A DNA stretch of 64,000 bases, from positions 10,793,403 to 10,857,402 of the forward strand of contig CM082587.2 of the NCBI GenBank assembly GCA_040954595.2, written 5' to 3'. This document shows, piece by piece, positions 21,721 to 35,111 of this stretch (position 1 is the stretch's first letter; every line of letters begins with the position of its first letter). A program made the position numbers and the translations under genes. The DNA is from Balanoglossus misakiensis. Taxonomy: Eukaryota > Animalia > Hemichordata. The notes beneath the pieces are model-generated. The model was not told where the DNA came from and did no database searches. It saw only the letters and a program-made list of their open reading frames with translations.

Positions 21721-24700
21721 GAAAGCCTATCATATACTGAGTAAAATTCACTTTGTTTGCCATCTGGGCACCGGGGCGTTTTCGAGTTATTGGCTTCTAA
21801 ATTATATTGGGTAACGTATGTAGGAAAGCCTAAAAGTGCGTATAAATTGACGTAGGGGGGTAAATTAGTCTTGTAAAATGCTGTCTCTCTGAACGTATAC
21901 CTCGAACAACAGGGATATATTTGGTATCAAAAGAAAGCTTAATAAACAAGCTTTCCATTAATTACAAAATAAAAGTGATATGAATAATCATGACATCATA
22001 GTGACGTCATAAGTCAAAATACCCTTACGAAAATGGTGTTATGTTCACCTATAAATGTGAGGTTTTGCAAAACATGTCTCTGTGCAATTGTACTGATGAA
22101 AACTGATGAAAACTGTGATGTGTTTGGTATCAACAGAAAGCTGATTGAGTAAAGTATCTAATTATTGCAAAAAATTGATATAATAATCAATTACGTCATC
22201 ATTACGTCATACTTCCAAGTACCCTTACCAATTAGTGACTATGATGACAAGTTATTACCCTAGGAGATAGGTGCCTTTAAATAAAAAAAATTGGTAAGGA
22301 AGGTTTGTGAAGTCCATTCTATGTAAAAAATGGTGCTGATTCCAAAAAAGTCAGTCTTATTGACCCCACCCAAGAAAAAATTGCCATTTTGGCACTTTTT
22401 AACCCAAAAAAGGTCATTTTTAGAAAACACTAAAAACACACTGTTTTCGTCACATTCGAAGATCTGATGACATATGATATGCCTATTCTATGTAAAATTT
22501 GGTTGATATTACGAAAAAAGCAGTCTGACTGACCCCACCCAAGAAAAAAATGCCATTTTGGCACTTTTTAACCCAAAAAAGGTCATTTTTAGAAAACACT
22601 AAAAACACACTGTTTTCGTCACATTGGAAGATCTGATGACATATGATATGCCTATTCTATGTAAAATTTGGTTGATATTACGAAAAAAAGCAGTCTGACT
22701 GACCCCACCCAAGAAAAAATTGCCATTTTGGCCCTTTTTAACCCAAAAAAGGTCATTTTTAGAAAACACTAAAAACACACTCTACTCTTCATATTGATTG
22801 ATTTGATGATATATGGAAAGTCAATTCTATGTGTAAAGTGGTGACTATAAAACATAAAGCAGTCTTTTTGACCCCAATCAATACAAAAATGCCATTTTTG
22901 GCCACATTTTTGAGGTCAAAAAGGTCATTTTTACAAAAAAAAAACTAAAAACAAACTGTTTTCTTCATATTCAGAGATCTGATTATGTATGAAAAGTCCA
23001 TTCTATGTAAAAAAAAAATCTGATTGACCCCATTCTAGTCAAAATTGTGTTTTTGGCAATTTATTGCCTAAAAAGACCTACTTAAGACAAATTTATCATT
23101 TTAAACATTTTCTAGAGAAAAAAATGTTTGCAACTAATAATAAATAAAAGTCCATTCTATCTTAAAAGTAGCGATTTTTCCAAAAAAGCACTCTTACTGA
23201 CTCCACAGAGGGAAAAAATGCCATTTTGGCCACTTTACTCAAAAAGGTAACTGTTTGAAACTTCTTTCTTTATTTTCAGAGATCTTATGATGTACGGAGA
23301 AGGTCCATTTTTGTTGAAAGGGAGCCGATTCCAAAAATAATACTTTTCAGCCCTACAAAATTGTCATTTTGGCCATTTTTGTCAAAAAGGTCATTTCAAG
23401 AAAAAATGAAAACAAGCTGTTTTCTTCGTATTTAAATGTTTGATTATGAATGGAAAGTCCATTTTTTGCAAAAAATATGCTGATACCAACACAACAGTCT
23501 TATTAAGACCCCACTCAATACAAAATTGCCACTAAGCCATCTTCTAGTCAACAATTGTCTTTTTCAGAAAACAAAATAATTGGTGTTTTTTGCCTTTTGA
23601 GTTTTGATGTTATATTTGCATATTTAAAATGTCATACCATATGATATCAGTTGAATTGATGATATTGAAAGGCAGAGTTGCCACAATTTGGCACATTTAG
23701 CCTAAAATGGAACTCAACAATAAAACGAGACGATCCATGTATTCACACTGTATACTATAAGTCGGTTATACATGGTATAAATTTTTTTATGTACATCTAT
23801 ACCAGCTCCGGATAGATTGTTGACATTTATCCTCTTCGTTCGGAATACAAAATCAGAAATTATATTATATCATGATACCTCCGTCATTTTGATTGGACAG
23901 GGGTGCAATCCCACGATGCTAAATACTCAATAGAGCTAAAACTGGCCCCTGAACTAGCACACAACAGGGAAAATGTGGGTTTAAACCTAATAAATATACT
24001 AAAAACTCTTAAATTCCTTGACGTTTCAATTTGGAGATGCTCTAAGTGAATATTTGGGACTTTGCCATGTGCAGTGCCTGTCTTTTTGTCGCCTGTATCA
24101 TGTTTAATGCTTGGTCCTGGGCGACGTGTTTAGATTCATCGATGCGACTTTGGTTCAATACTTATAACTTCTTTTACTCTCGACGCTGTTTCATCATCAT
24201 TATGAGTTCAATTTGGGCTATCTCCAAATGCAAACATTTTTTTCTCTAGAAAATGTTTAAAATGATAAATTTGTCTTCAGTAGGTCTTTTTAGGCAATAA
24301 ATTGCCAAAAACGCAATTTTGACTAGAATGGGGTCAATCAGATTTTTTTTTACATAGAATGGACTTTTCATACATAATCAGATCTCTGAATATGAAGAAA
24401 ACAGTTTGTTTTTAGTTTTTTTTGTAAAAATGACCTTTTTGACCTCAAAAATGTGGCCAAAAATGTCATTTTTGTATTGATTGGGGTCAAAAAAGACTGC
24501 TTTATGTTTTATAGTCACCACTTTACACATAGAATTGACTTTCCATATATCATCAAATCAATCAATATGAAGAGTAGAGTGTGTTTTAAGTTTTGTCTAA
24601 AAATGACTTTTTTGGGCAAAAAATGGTCAAAAAGGCAATTCTGTCTCGTTTGGGGTCAGTCAGACTGCTTTTTTCGTAATATCAACCGAATTTTACATAG

Positions 24701-25467
24701 AATAGGCATATCATATGTCATCAGATCTTCGAATGTGATGAAAACAGTGTGTTTTTAGTGTTTTCTAAAAATGACATTTTTTGGGATAAAAAGTGCTAAA
24801 ATGGCAATTTTTTCTTGGGTGGGGTCAATAAGACTGACTTTTTTGGAATCAGCACCATTTTTTACATAGAATGGACTTCACAAACCTTCCTTACCAATTT
24901 TTTTTATTTAAAGGCACCTATCTCCTAGGGTAATAACTTGTCATCATAGTCACTAATTGGTAAGGGTACTTGGAAGTATGACGTAATGATGACGTAATTG
25001 ATTATTATATCAATTTTTTGCAATAATTAGATACTTTACTCAATCAGCTTTCTGTTGATACCAAACACATCACAGTTTTCATCAGTTTTCATCAGTACAA
25101 TTGCACAGAGACATGTTTTGCAAAACCTCACATTTATAGGTGAACATAACACCATTTTCGTAAGGGTATTTTGACTTATGACGTCACTATGATGTCATGA
25201 TTATTCATATCACTTTTATTTTGTAATTAATGGAAAGCTTGTTTATTAAGCTTTCTTTTGATACCAAAAACATCCCTGTTGTTCGAGGTATACGTTCAGA
25301 GAGACAGCATTTTATAAGACTAATTTACCCCCCTACGTCAATTTATACGCACTTTTAGGCTTTCCTACATACGTTACCCAATATAATTTAGAAGCCAATA
25401 ACTCGAAAACGCCCCGGTGCCCAGATGGCAAACAAAGTGAATTTTACTCAGTATATGATAGCCTTTC
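21721..25467. mobile_element. Foldback-like element: near-identical inverted arms (21721-23131 and 24229-25467) with inner about 180-bp subrepeats
   Basis: Arms are direct reverse complements over more than 1.2 kb; left arm has one more subrepeat; no TSD and no ORF. Confidence 0.85.
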
Positions 25468-25825
25468 GTCAAAATGCACACCCAGTCGCTTTTTACACAC
25501 TTGTGCCGCTGGCTACGCAAAGCCAAGTCCCGTCAAAACCTGTCCGATCCAATGTTTCGCGAACCGGGGTGTAAACGACGAGTCGGTCAACATCGTCGGC
25601 TGTTACGTCAAAATGCACACCCAGTCGCTTTTTACACACTTGTGCCGCTGGCTACGCAAAGCCAAGTCCCGTCAAAACCTGTCCGATCCAATGTGTCGCG
25701 AACCGGGGTGTAAACGACGAGTCGGTCTACATCGTCGGCCGTTACGTCAAAATGCACACCCAGTCGCTTTTTACACACTTGTGTCGCTGGCTACGCAAGC
25801 CAAGTCCCGTCAAAGCCTGTCCGTA
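25468..25825. repeat. 139-bp tandem repeat, about 2.6 copies, in a CpG-rich fragment that ends in GGG|TTAA at about 26402 (piggyBac-like terminus)
   Basis: GTCAAAATGCACACCCAGTCGC recurs at 25468, 25607, 25746. Confidence 0.85.
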
Positions 25826-26406
25826 CCAAGTTTTCTTTCACGAGTAATTGTAGGCTACGAGTCGGTCGCGAAAGATATGGCCTGCGACGCACGCACGCCA
25901 AGACGTCGGTCATCGGTTCGCACCATCGGCAAAAATCGTCATGTTTTCCCGAGTCGATCCCAAAACGCACTCTCCTAAACAGGCACCCACGAGTGCGTCC
26001 GACACGTCTTGCCATCGAAAAGGTCGATACCCTATGTCGTTGTGGAACCGTCTGCTATGGAAAACTATGCATCGCTGTCAAGTACGTTTTTGCGGACACA
26101 TAAAAAAACGGTCTCCCCAGGGTCGGGGGTGACCGGCGGAATTTGCCTCTAAGGATAGTGTGCTCTTTGTAGTTCAAGGCAAATAACCCTGTCGAGACTT
26201 TCCTGTCCTAACAGATATTGCCCTCAAAACGGTAGTTCAAAGACAACCCGTTATAGCGAAGCGCACGCAAACGCCTAGAGACTCCAGCGGGTCGGCGAAT
26301 CATATCGATTCATACCGATTAGGTCATTCATCACTCGCCAACGTTCGACTTCTACCCACACCGGAAATCGGGCGCTCTGCTACGGACTCGACAGCGTTAG
26401 GGTTAA

Positions 26407-29400
26407 ATTACAGCCACAATCGTCTGTCAACAAGATGTTCATGTAGATGTATACCAAGCAGTAAGCTTATTTAGATTGACAAATCTTAGATGAAAATAAT
26501 GAAAAAGTGGCACAACCCTTAGGGCTTTAACTAGCAGCTTTATGCCAGATGAGTTTGAGTCTAACGATGTAATGTTGACATTAAGGTTTCATTGAAATAA
26601 CTTGGGAACCTCTCTACTATTTGAAGCACCAAAGCTGTGAAAAACTTCCTTCTTTCCCTGAGTTTTTTATGAATATGTTGTAATCTGGGACAAAAATTTG
26701 TTGCCAAGTGTCTTGACCCCTTTACCAAATGTCAGGGACCGGATTTTTTTCAGCAAAATTTCAAATAACCTTGGCTGATTTTTTACCTACTTTCACATAT
26801 TGGGTAGCATGAAACAAAGTATGGCTTCCAGAAGGGTTATAGATACAGTGTTTTGTAATAACAAGAATTAACATGAAACTATAATTTCATGGTTAATTTA
26901 GGACCGCCATAATCTATAGTAACGTCATTAAATATTTGCATATCTAATTGTAGGCTATCCAGTGGAGGGAGAAACCTAAACATGGACAACATTGGGGTCA
27001 AAATTGTTTGACAAAACTTTGGGTGACTTTGGGTAAACCTTGACCAACATTACTATATCTTGGCATCCAGAGCAGATGCAACCTTGACACTTGGAGTGAT
27101 GGAAATGCATAATGGAGTATTATGTCTCAGCTAGTCACAGTGCTTTTGCTGTGTTTTATGTCTTTTATTTAGCCACATGAGATGTTTTTTATTACACATT
27201 GGCTGTGTTTGCCAGTACTTTTTAGCTGGTCACACTGCCTTAAGACAATGTATTCTCAAAATACCATGCAATCATTATGAAGCATATACAGCAGACAAAG
27301 TTATGGTATGACTGAACTTGCCCTTCTTTGTGACTAAAGCATGACCGGCCTGTCTAAGGTGGCCCCTACCTAGGGGCTTTACCCCCCATTGGCTCACAGT
27401 CCGAGAAATCAGCTCTGCAGGGAAGTTAACGATGTAACCCACCATTAAAGCTTGGATTTCCGCTTTTTGTATCTGATGCCTGGCTGAGGCCTTCTTAGGA
27501 TCTACCCAACGCTGAGTAGGCTATCCCGTCATTGGCACACAGTCTCAGGGAGGGAGTCAAAAGTTCAGTATACCAGCAAAGCCTTTATATTGTCCATTCT
27601 TTTTAAGAGAAGGCTGGCTGCTGTAGAAAAATGTTGATCTCAAATTTATCATGTCCAAAAAAAGGCAGACTTCCAGCCCTATTGGTTAGGCTGGCATTAG
27701 GTATGTACATAATTAATGAGGCAAGACATAATATTCCATTACATAGTTCCATCACTCCAAGTGTCAAGGATGTATCTGTGCCGGATGCCAAGATATAGGA
27801 ATGTAGGTCAAAGTTTACCCAAGATCACCCAAAAGTTTGTCAAAAGATTTTGACCCCGAAGTTGTCCATGTCCAGGTTACCACATCCACTAGAATAAGAT
27901 ATGCACATATTTAATGAGGTTACCATAGCTCAAGGGGGTCTTTAATTAACCACCAACATTTAGTTTCACATTAATGCATGTTAATATAATACACTGTATC
28001 TATAACCCTACTGGTAAGCCTAGAATTAGGTACATGCGAAAGTTTTTGACAAGATAGATAAGTTGTAAAATATGTACATGAACCTGACAATTGACTTAAA
28101 ATAACATAAGGCAGACTTGATACTTATCGGAGATAGATACTAATAACAACAGTGATGTTAATTACACTGGGAATGTTTGTCTTATTATAGCTACATGTAA
28201 AAGACTGCTTGAGGTAATGTAATTAAAGTGACCACTTGCGATTCACCTTCAAAGTGCTATGCAAGTCTATGGTACATTGTTTTTCCGATGATTGGACAAA
28301 GGATATTCATAATGTGTAATTAAGGCTGGATAGCATTTTCAATGTAATAAGCCCTGCCTTCACTATAATCTTACGCCAAATCAACATTGTTCAGTTTATG
28401 TTAATAACTTCACTAAGGGACACTTGTTACATCAAATTTCCCAGCAAGGGGTGTCAGATTATTGGGCAAGTGGCATGCATGACACTAGACGATACTTTTG
28501 GAAGCAAAGCGGACAGAACACGGCTGGATATAGACTAGGTAATTCTGAATGTGACCATGAACTGTACCACAGACTCTGTATTGTATGTTTCTGAAGAATC
28601 CCATTTAACCCAGACATCAACATACTTCAACCTTGTAAGAAGTAGAACATACATGATTTACTAGTAAATATTTGCTAGGTTATTAGACACTTTGGATTAC
28701 ACAAAAATAGGTGTGTACACCGCTGTGACATTGCCAAGCAGATATGACCTACCAGGTAACCTAATACAATTTCACAGGAATCGGAGTATTTTCAGTGAAA
28801 ACAACATTTCTTCAACAATGACAAAAACTGCCTCAACCACAAAAATTCAGATATCAACAAATCCAACAATATCTCACTTCAATCACCACAAGGAACATGC
28901 CTACCAAAATTGAAAGCAATCTGACATGCGGTTTCAAAGAATAAAAATTGCAAAAATTGCCTCAAGACCACAAATATGCAAATTTCACCAAAATGATATA
29001 CAACATTACTTGGGTTACCTCATGGAACAAGCAAACCAAAATTTAAATGCAACCTGACCTGACATGGAGTTTCAGAGAAAATGATTTTTGACCAAAAATG
29101 ACAAAATTATATTTCCCAAAAATTACAAATTTTGCCACAATTTAAACAATACTAACAAAGATTACCTATAGGAAATAGCATACTAAATTCTAGATACAAT
29201 TCACGATATTAGCTGAAAGTATATCAGGCGTGACATAAGCTACATGCATACAAATGTTCAAAGCAATCTGACCAGTTGTTGAGTTTCTGAGTTTTGATCA
29301 ATTTCACATTGCTCCAGGTAATTAGCATATTTCATTTGAACAGGCGTGCCTGCATCTAAAAACCCAATATCAAGACTTACCACACAGACTCTGTATTGTA

Positions 29401-31500
29401 TGTTTCTGGAGTAATCAAATAAAACCAATCATGAAAATACTTCAACCTTCTTAATATGAACAAAATCCTATTTTCAGGCTGGCCTGCATCTACACACCAA
29501 ATATCAAGGGGATACGCGAAGGGGTTTTCAAGTTTTTGATGTGGACAGACATACATACATCCATACATACTACATACACACATACAGAGCCAACTGACTG
29601 GTCAGAAGGCATGAGCAAAAATGCAGGAAATCAATGTTGTGACACTGGTAGTAGGCCTTAATGTATACAATATCAAGACAGTTTATTTAACATGAAGTTT
29701 GATATGTTCATAATCATTCAGAGCTAAGCATATTTTGAAATTGTAAAATTAATATCAATCACATGAAAACTGACAGCATGCTTTCATTTGGAAATTTAGG
29801 TATTGTAATTAACACTAACAGTCATGAAACTATTGAATCGTCAATAAAATCATACAGTAGAAATTAATGGGTTTTCTATTTATATGCGATGTGAAAATGC
29901 AACTTGTGGTCCTTTGGCCAGTAAGAGGCATCAGATAATATTGTAAGACCCAGTTGCCCAATTGATTAGACCTACATGTATGCGCTGTGTGAAGCGCAAG
30001 TTATGGCAACTGAATTCACAGGACACTGAAGAAAGTGGAATCACTCAAGGTACATATGTATACATGTAGGCTAACAATCACAACACAGAGAATAGTTCTC
30101 CATATTCATTTTTAATACGATAAGATTCACTGAATTGGCGCATCCATGGGCAGGCAAGGTTAGTTCCAACTCAGTTTGCAAATCAGGCCCATGTATCTTG
30201 TTCCCTGAGACTGTCTGCTTCTAATAATAGCTGTAAGAACATAATCGTTGACCGAACTGTTGGTTCAATTTTGCAACATTTTATGATTTCAAGCTGTGCA
30301 ATATTTGCAACTCAGTTTCAACTTTGGTTGGAGGGATGATGATGAAGCAATTTCACTGACAAAATAGCACTACTAACTGACGTCAATATTTGTTCAAAGT
30401 TAAATGCATTGCCATCAGAAAAATGTATACGAAAAGTTTTGTATGTGAATAATAACACTTTTTCGCATAACTGCAAACCCTGTCACAGTTGTGAAATTCT
30501 AAGAAAATTCATTCATTAGGTAGAATTCGTGCTTTATGAATTCTTAAACAAACTTAGTCATGAAACCTAAATGGTTACCTTACACATGTGGAGGCTCGAC
30601 TTCTGTGATATGATAGTCTTCAATTAATGTGTATGTGATTCCATACAAATCCATATGATTACCTGAACGTACAAAATAAATTTAAAATAAATACATAAAT
30701 TAAAAATAAATAAGTATCTCATACATATGCATAAGTGCTTGTGAGAAATATATCATATATCTAAATAAACCTGTCATTTATTGACCTCATTTTCCCAGTA
30801 AACCAAAGGACTAAATTGCACTTTAATATTACAGCTTCATTTCAATGCAACAGGTACACTACATCATAAGGGAACAAATATGCCAGCTCAACATTTATAT
30901 AAACAGTGTCAAAATATAAGTGGCTACAAAAGCTTGTGTCCCTTCAATCCATCCTCCCACTCAGGTCAAACGTGTTACATATTAAAATTGCAATGTGCAT
31001 ACAATACAATTAGTCTTTTGTAAATTCAGACTGAGAAAATATGACTGATAAACATTATCTGGCACATGTTGGTGAATGGCTGGCGTTGATGTTGTGGGTT
31101 GAAATCCGAACTATGATTATCGCGGGTACAAATCACATTTATTTTCTCAGAGACAACACGTTTGCAACTTCGGGACAGAAAGGTGAAAACGAACGTCATT
31201 AGTTCTTGGGAAAAAACTCTGAAATCAATTTCGGTGAGGTCAAATGTGTTCCAAAGGCAAACCGTTTCTGGTAAACAAATCAATGGCAAATAGTTACTTC
31301 GGCGACTTACCAATCAATCAACATGGCTGCCAAATCGTTGGATATCCCGGTTTCATCTCGCGATCATTCTATCTTCCGATATGGCGTTGCTTGGTTAAAT
31401 TCGTCTCTTCTTTGCCGACATAGTCGGGCGACAGCGGTCCAGAAGCATATACAGCGACGCCATCAACGTTTACAATGTGAAGTATCAACTGCGCATGTTC
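26407..31500. repeat. Left arm of giant inverted duplication
   Basis: Colinear reverse-complement match to about 39950-45720. Confidence 0.9.
27150..31495 (-). ncRNA. Mirror copy of the candidate spliced unit in the left arm (exons about 31311-31495, 30579-30662, 27150-27620)
   Basis: Same splice sites (first donor GTAAGT) and AATAAA as the right-arm copy. Confidence 0.4.
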
Positions 31501-31975
31501 AATGGTTGTTGCTTGGAAAGTGGGCAGAGCCTGCAAGATCCAGGGTTCGCTTGACCGGCCAAACACGGTTATTCTCCCTGGACCAAATCATTTAAGCGTC
31601 AGGCGTAATACATCACATAATTGACTGGAAAACTAAACAGTCTTCCACCTATATATCAACACAGTTTATTAAACCAGCACCCGCGCAAATATTTACAAGT
31701 ATATGATTAAAATTGATCAAATCATTAATCGCACGGTTACAGCTGTCATAGTTTCTAATAATATTATTCACTGGTAGCGCTGACATACCATGTTGAAACT
31801 TGTCGCGGAAAACAAGATAATTGATCTTACGGTGTCATTTGTTTTTAAAAAGTGCTTAATAACTATTGATCCCATTGATATATTTTTCCATATTTATATA
31901 TTTTTCGCAAATTTTGACTGCTTGGGCTACTAATAGCATGGTGATCACAATGGATTTACCACCTCCCAGCTGCGT

Positions 31976-31983
31976 TATAAAAG
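31976..31983 (+). promoter_or_regulatory. Candidate TATA box
   Basis: TATAAAAG about 70 bp upstream of the ATG of a signal-peptide-like exon. Confidence 0.45.
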
Positions 31984-32667
31984 AATGCCTATTCTGTGGA
32001 CACTAGCCTCATCGAAGACCGAACGTGTTCATCGATGTTTCCATTCATGACGAACTCCAGTGCAGGCTTCGCAGTCATTCTGGCTTTCACGCTGTGGGCG
32101 CCTCTGGTGACAGCAATTCCCAACAAGTTGCGGGTAAGTAATCACACAACCTATATGAGTGAAAGTTTCTTGTCATTTTCGCAACGTCAAGGTTGATATT
32201 CTCTTCTTGGATCGAAAATGTGTGACACAACAAATGAATCTACGTGGCAGGGTCGGCTGTGTCTTTTGCTTCGAGGCATAGTCGTCAGACACACATCCCT
32301 AACACGCGAAGCCAGCTTATCCTTTGATCAAATGGCAGCGCTATTCTAAATATTTTACAGGACGTAAAGGACAAACACGTGCCGCTGGAAGAGGCCAACA
32401 CTCAGCAGAGACGGCAAGATGTTAACGGAGGTGAGCCCCAACAATAAATTAATATTGTTCCTTTTATTTAGAAAACGCCGCATAATTAGCCAACCAATCA
32501 TGGTTATGAGAAACCTCCAAAATACAATGTATCGATATTTACTGCATCTTTTCATACTTCGCCCGCGCTTTAAAAACCCTATAGCTGCTAAAATTGGCAT
32601 ATTTTTTTCCAGAGTAAAATACTTCATATGTATATTCCCTATTCCCTAAAATCTTCACCCGTGACCA

Positions 32668-33636
32668 TTAAGTAAAGGATAATGTACGAGTGGAGTGCAA
32701 TCGTTCAGATATTGAACGACACGAGGGCCGCAGGCCCGAGTGTCGTTCAATATCTAAACGATTGCACGACACGAGTACATTATCCGGCTTACAATACGTC
32801 GCAACATCTGTGATCTTGATATATGCTAAACAACTTCTCAACCACATCAACCAATCACAAGCGTCGCAAAATACACCTGGTGTATGACTCATTTCGATTG
32901 GATACTTGTCAACCAGGGCATTTGTCACGTGGTCATTGAGGTGCCACGTTTCCATCATCATTCGGAACTCAACCTTCGACAGACAAACACCATGGCCGAA
33001 AGTAGCGACGAGCACGAGCTTTTCATTACCCATGGAGCACGTTCCGACACCCAAGCGAAAGCGAAGGGCGTAGCTTTTACGATATGGACTGGATTTTCCA
33101 AGATTTTGGTAGCTTCATTGAAGAGAATGTACATAAACCATCGGTCATGGAAAGTGTCCTGCAGAAAATCAAGGGTGCCTTTCTCCTGGCCTGCAGCCGC
33201 CATTGCGCACATCCTCAGTCTGTAAGTACCATTTTTCTGTCATTTTCCTCGGAACTTGTAAATTTGTAGTTTTATATTGATCAGGAATGTTCGATTGTAC
33301 GTCAGCGTAGGCACTTCAGGGAAGTTTTGGTACGTCGAAAAAAATCAAGCTTTCAGGTGAATCCGTGTGTGAGGTAGAAACGAACCCCCAACCAAAGGTT
33401 GAGCCCTGCAGCGCAGAGATCACGACAAAGAAAGATGGACGAGCCAAGTGTGTGCACCTGGAAGCAGTTCTTCCCGCCGGAGGCAGCACCTCCTGTCAAA
33501 GCTATCTTGTTTGTTGTAGTGAATCTTATTATGCCAGGTGCAGTGCAATATCCAGATATTGCACTGGTACCAGTGCATTATCATAGATAATGTCCCAAGA
33601 GAACAAAGAGTCTGGTCACATGTAGTGTTGTAAGCC
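32668..33636. mobile_element. Non-autonomous element with long terminal palindrome and asymmetric IR (Crypton-like)
   Basis: Hairpin about 32677-32785; GGCTTACAATAC just inside it pairs with GTGTTGTAAGCC at 33625-33636. Confidence 0.55.
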
Positions 33637-34968
33637 ATATTACTTGCATTTGCATTGGTTTGTCATCACTTGGCGTCGCATTTCACGATAGCTGCTTAGC
33701 TGCTATTGTTTGTATGAAGGCTGATTAAATCGGTGAGGCACCGTTTTAATACATAGCATGTTCCAATTGCAACATGCAGTCACAATCGGGCATCGATAAG
33801 ATGTTTATGTATACCAATCAGTAAGCTTATTTTGATGAACCAATTTAAGTTGGAAAATAAAATCATGAAAATAATGCAAAAAGTGGCAGCTTTGGAGGCT
33901 TTAAACTACAGTTCTCCCAAATTGTCTTGACTAAATGACATACATGTGGTCAAAAGTTCTGACTGCAGAAGAGGTTGCAGCTGTGGCGGGGGACTGTTCA
34001 ATTGGAGGAAATATATTTACATGGAATACAGACAATATTGAAATGGCAGCAGAAATAGTTCCTACTGAAAAGAATGCTATCTGCAGTGAGTATCACGACT
34101 TTAAAATGAAAGATTTTGCAAATTTAAAAAAAATATTGAGTGTTTTGACATGCGTCAGTGGTCAGTAACACACAAGCTGCATGATAAGAGGGTCACGAGA
34201 AATTTTAAGCCGCAATGTATAATGGATTAACTCCATGACCTATGCGACCTACGAACTGTGACGTACAGAATTTATTTCTACGTGTAATGCGGTCTGCGGC
34301 AGTGAGCCACAGACCGCATTGCGAGAGCAGTGAGAATTCACCACAATGCAAACTTTCTGAACGTAGGTTGATCTTCGAATGAAACATTACCTTGTCACCA
34401 GTTTTCCACATGGCTACACTGTAAAATTGGGTGACGTGTTCGTTCACAAGTGGAATAATTGTGAGTAGTAAAGCACGCGAAGTTAAGCAACGAGCACGTT
34501 TTGAAATGCGCGCAGATGATCCCAGTTTAGCAAATTCAGGCCATTGCGTGCATGCAAAAAAAATAATACTGTACCGGGGGTGAGCCTACTTTCTTTCCAT
34601 ACAGATACACGTATATGTTGGTTAAGGTATGTGACAAACAGTTTTCATGTAACAGCCAGTGATGCTGACCATAAAACCAGCGCAGCTGATGCTTTCATCT
34701 ACAATTTGCAACATGGACGTTTGTGTCTCTGCATGTGTCGTGCATGTTACTGCTGAACAAAAAAGATATGCGGGCACCACAGGCTGGCGAAAGCGGTGCT
34801 CACGTGCTCTGCAAGCTGATGTTGTCACTAAATTGGCTAAGTATTGTACACATGGAGGAGTTTCTTGAGCTGTCTGTTGTATAAATGTCGGTTGTGAGTA
34901 CATTATTTTTTTTTTTTTAATAATTTTCAAAGCCCCTATGATTGAAGCATATTATTACGACTCATCCG

Positions 34969-35111
34969 TTCATCATTCATTCATTCATTCATTCATTCAT
35001 TCATTCATTCATTCATTCATTCATTCATTCATTCATTCATTCATTCATTCATTCAGTCAGTCAGTCAGTCAGTCAGTCAGTCAGTCAGTCAGTCAGACAG
35101 TCAGTCAGTCA
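34969..35111. repeat. (ATTC)n(AGTC)n compound microsatellite
   Basis: Direct reading. Confidence 0.97.

Noticed and set aside
30334-30385. Box C/D-like ATGATGA...CTGA
   Set aside because: Short, antisense to the candidate host unit, and the C-box segment is deleted in the right arm.
31323-31595. Paired ORFs 31323-31595 (+) and 39899-40114 (-) as a duplicated protein gene
   Set aside because: Similarity just reflects the inverted duplication; frames diverge after an indel and splice/promoter signals point to the opposite strand.
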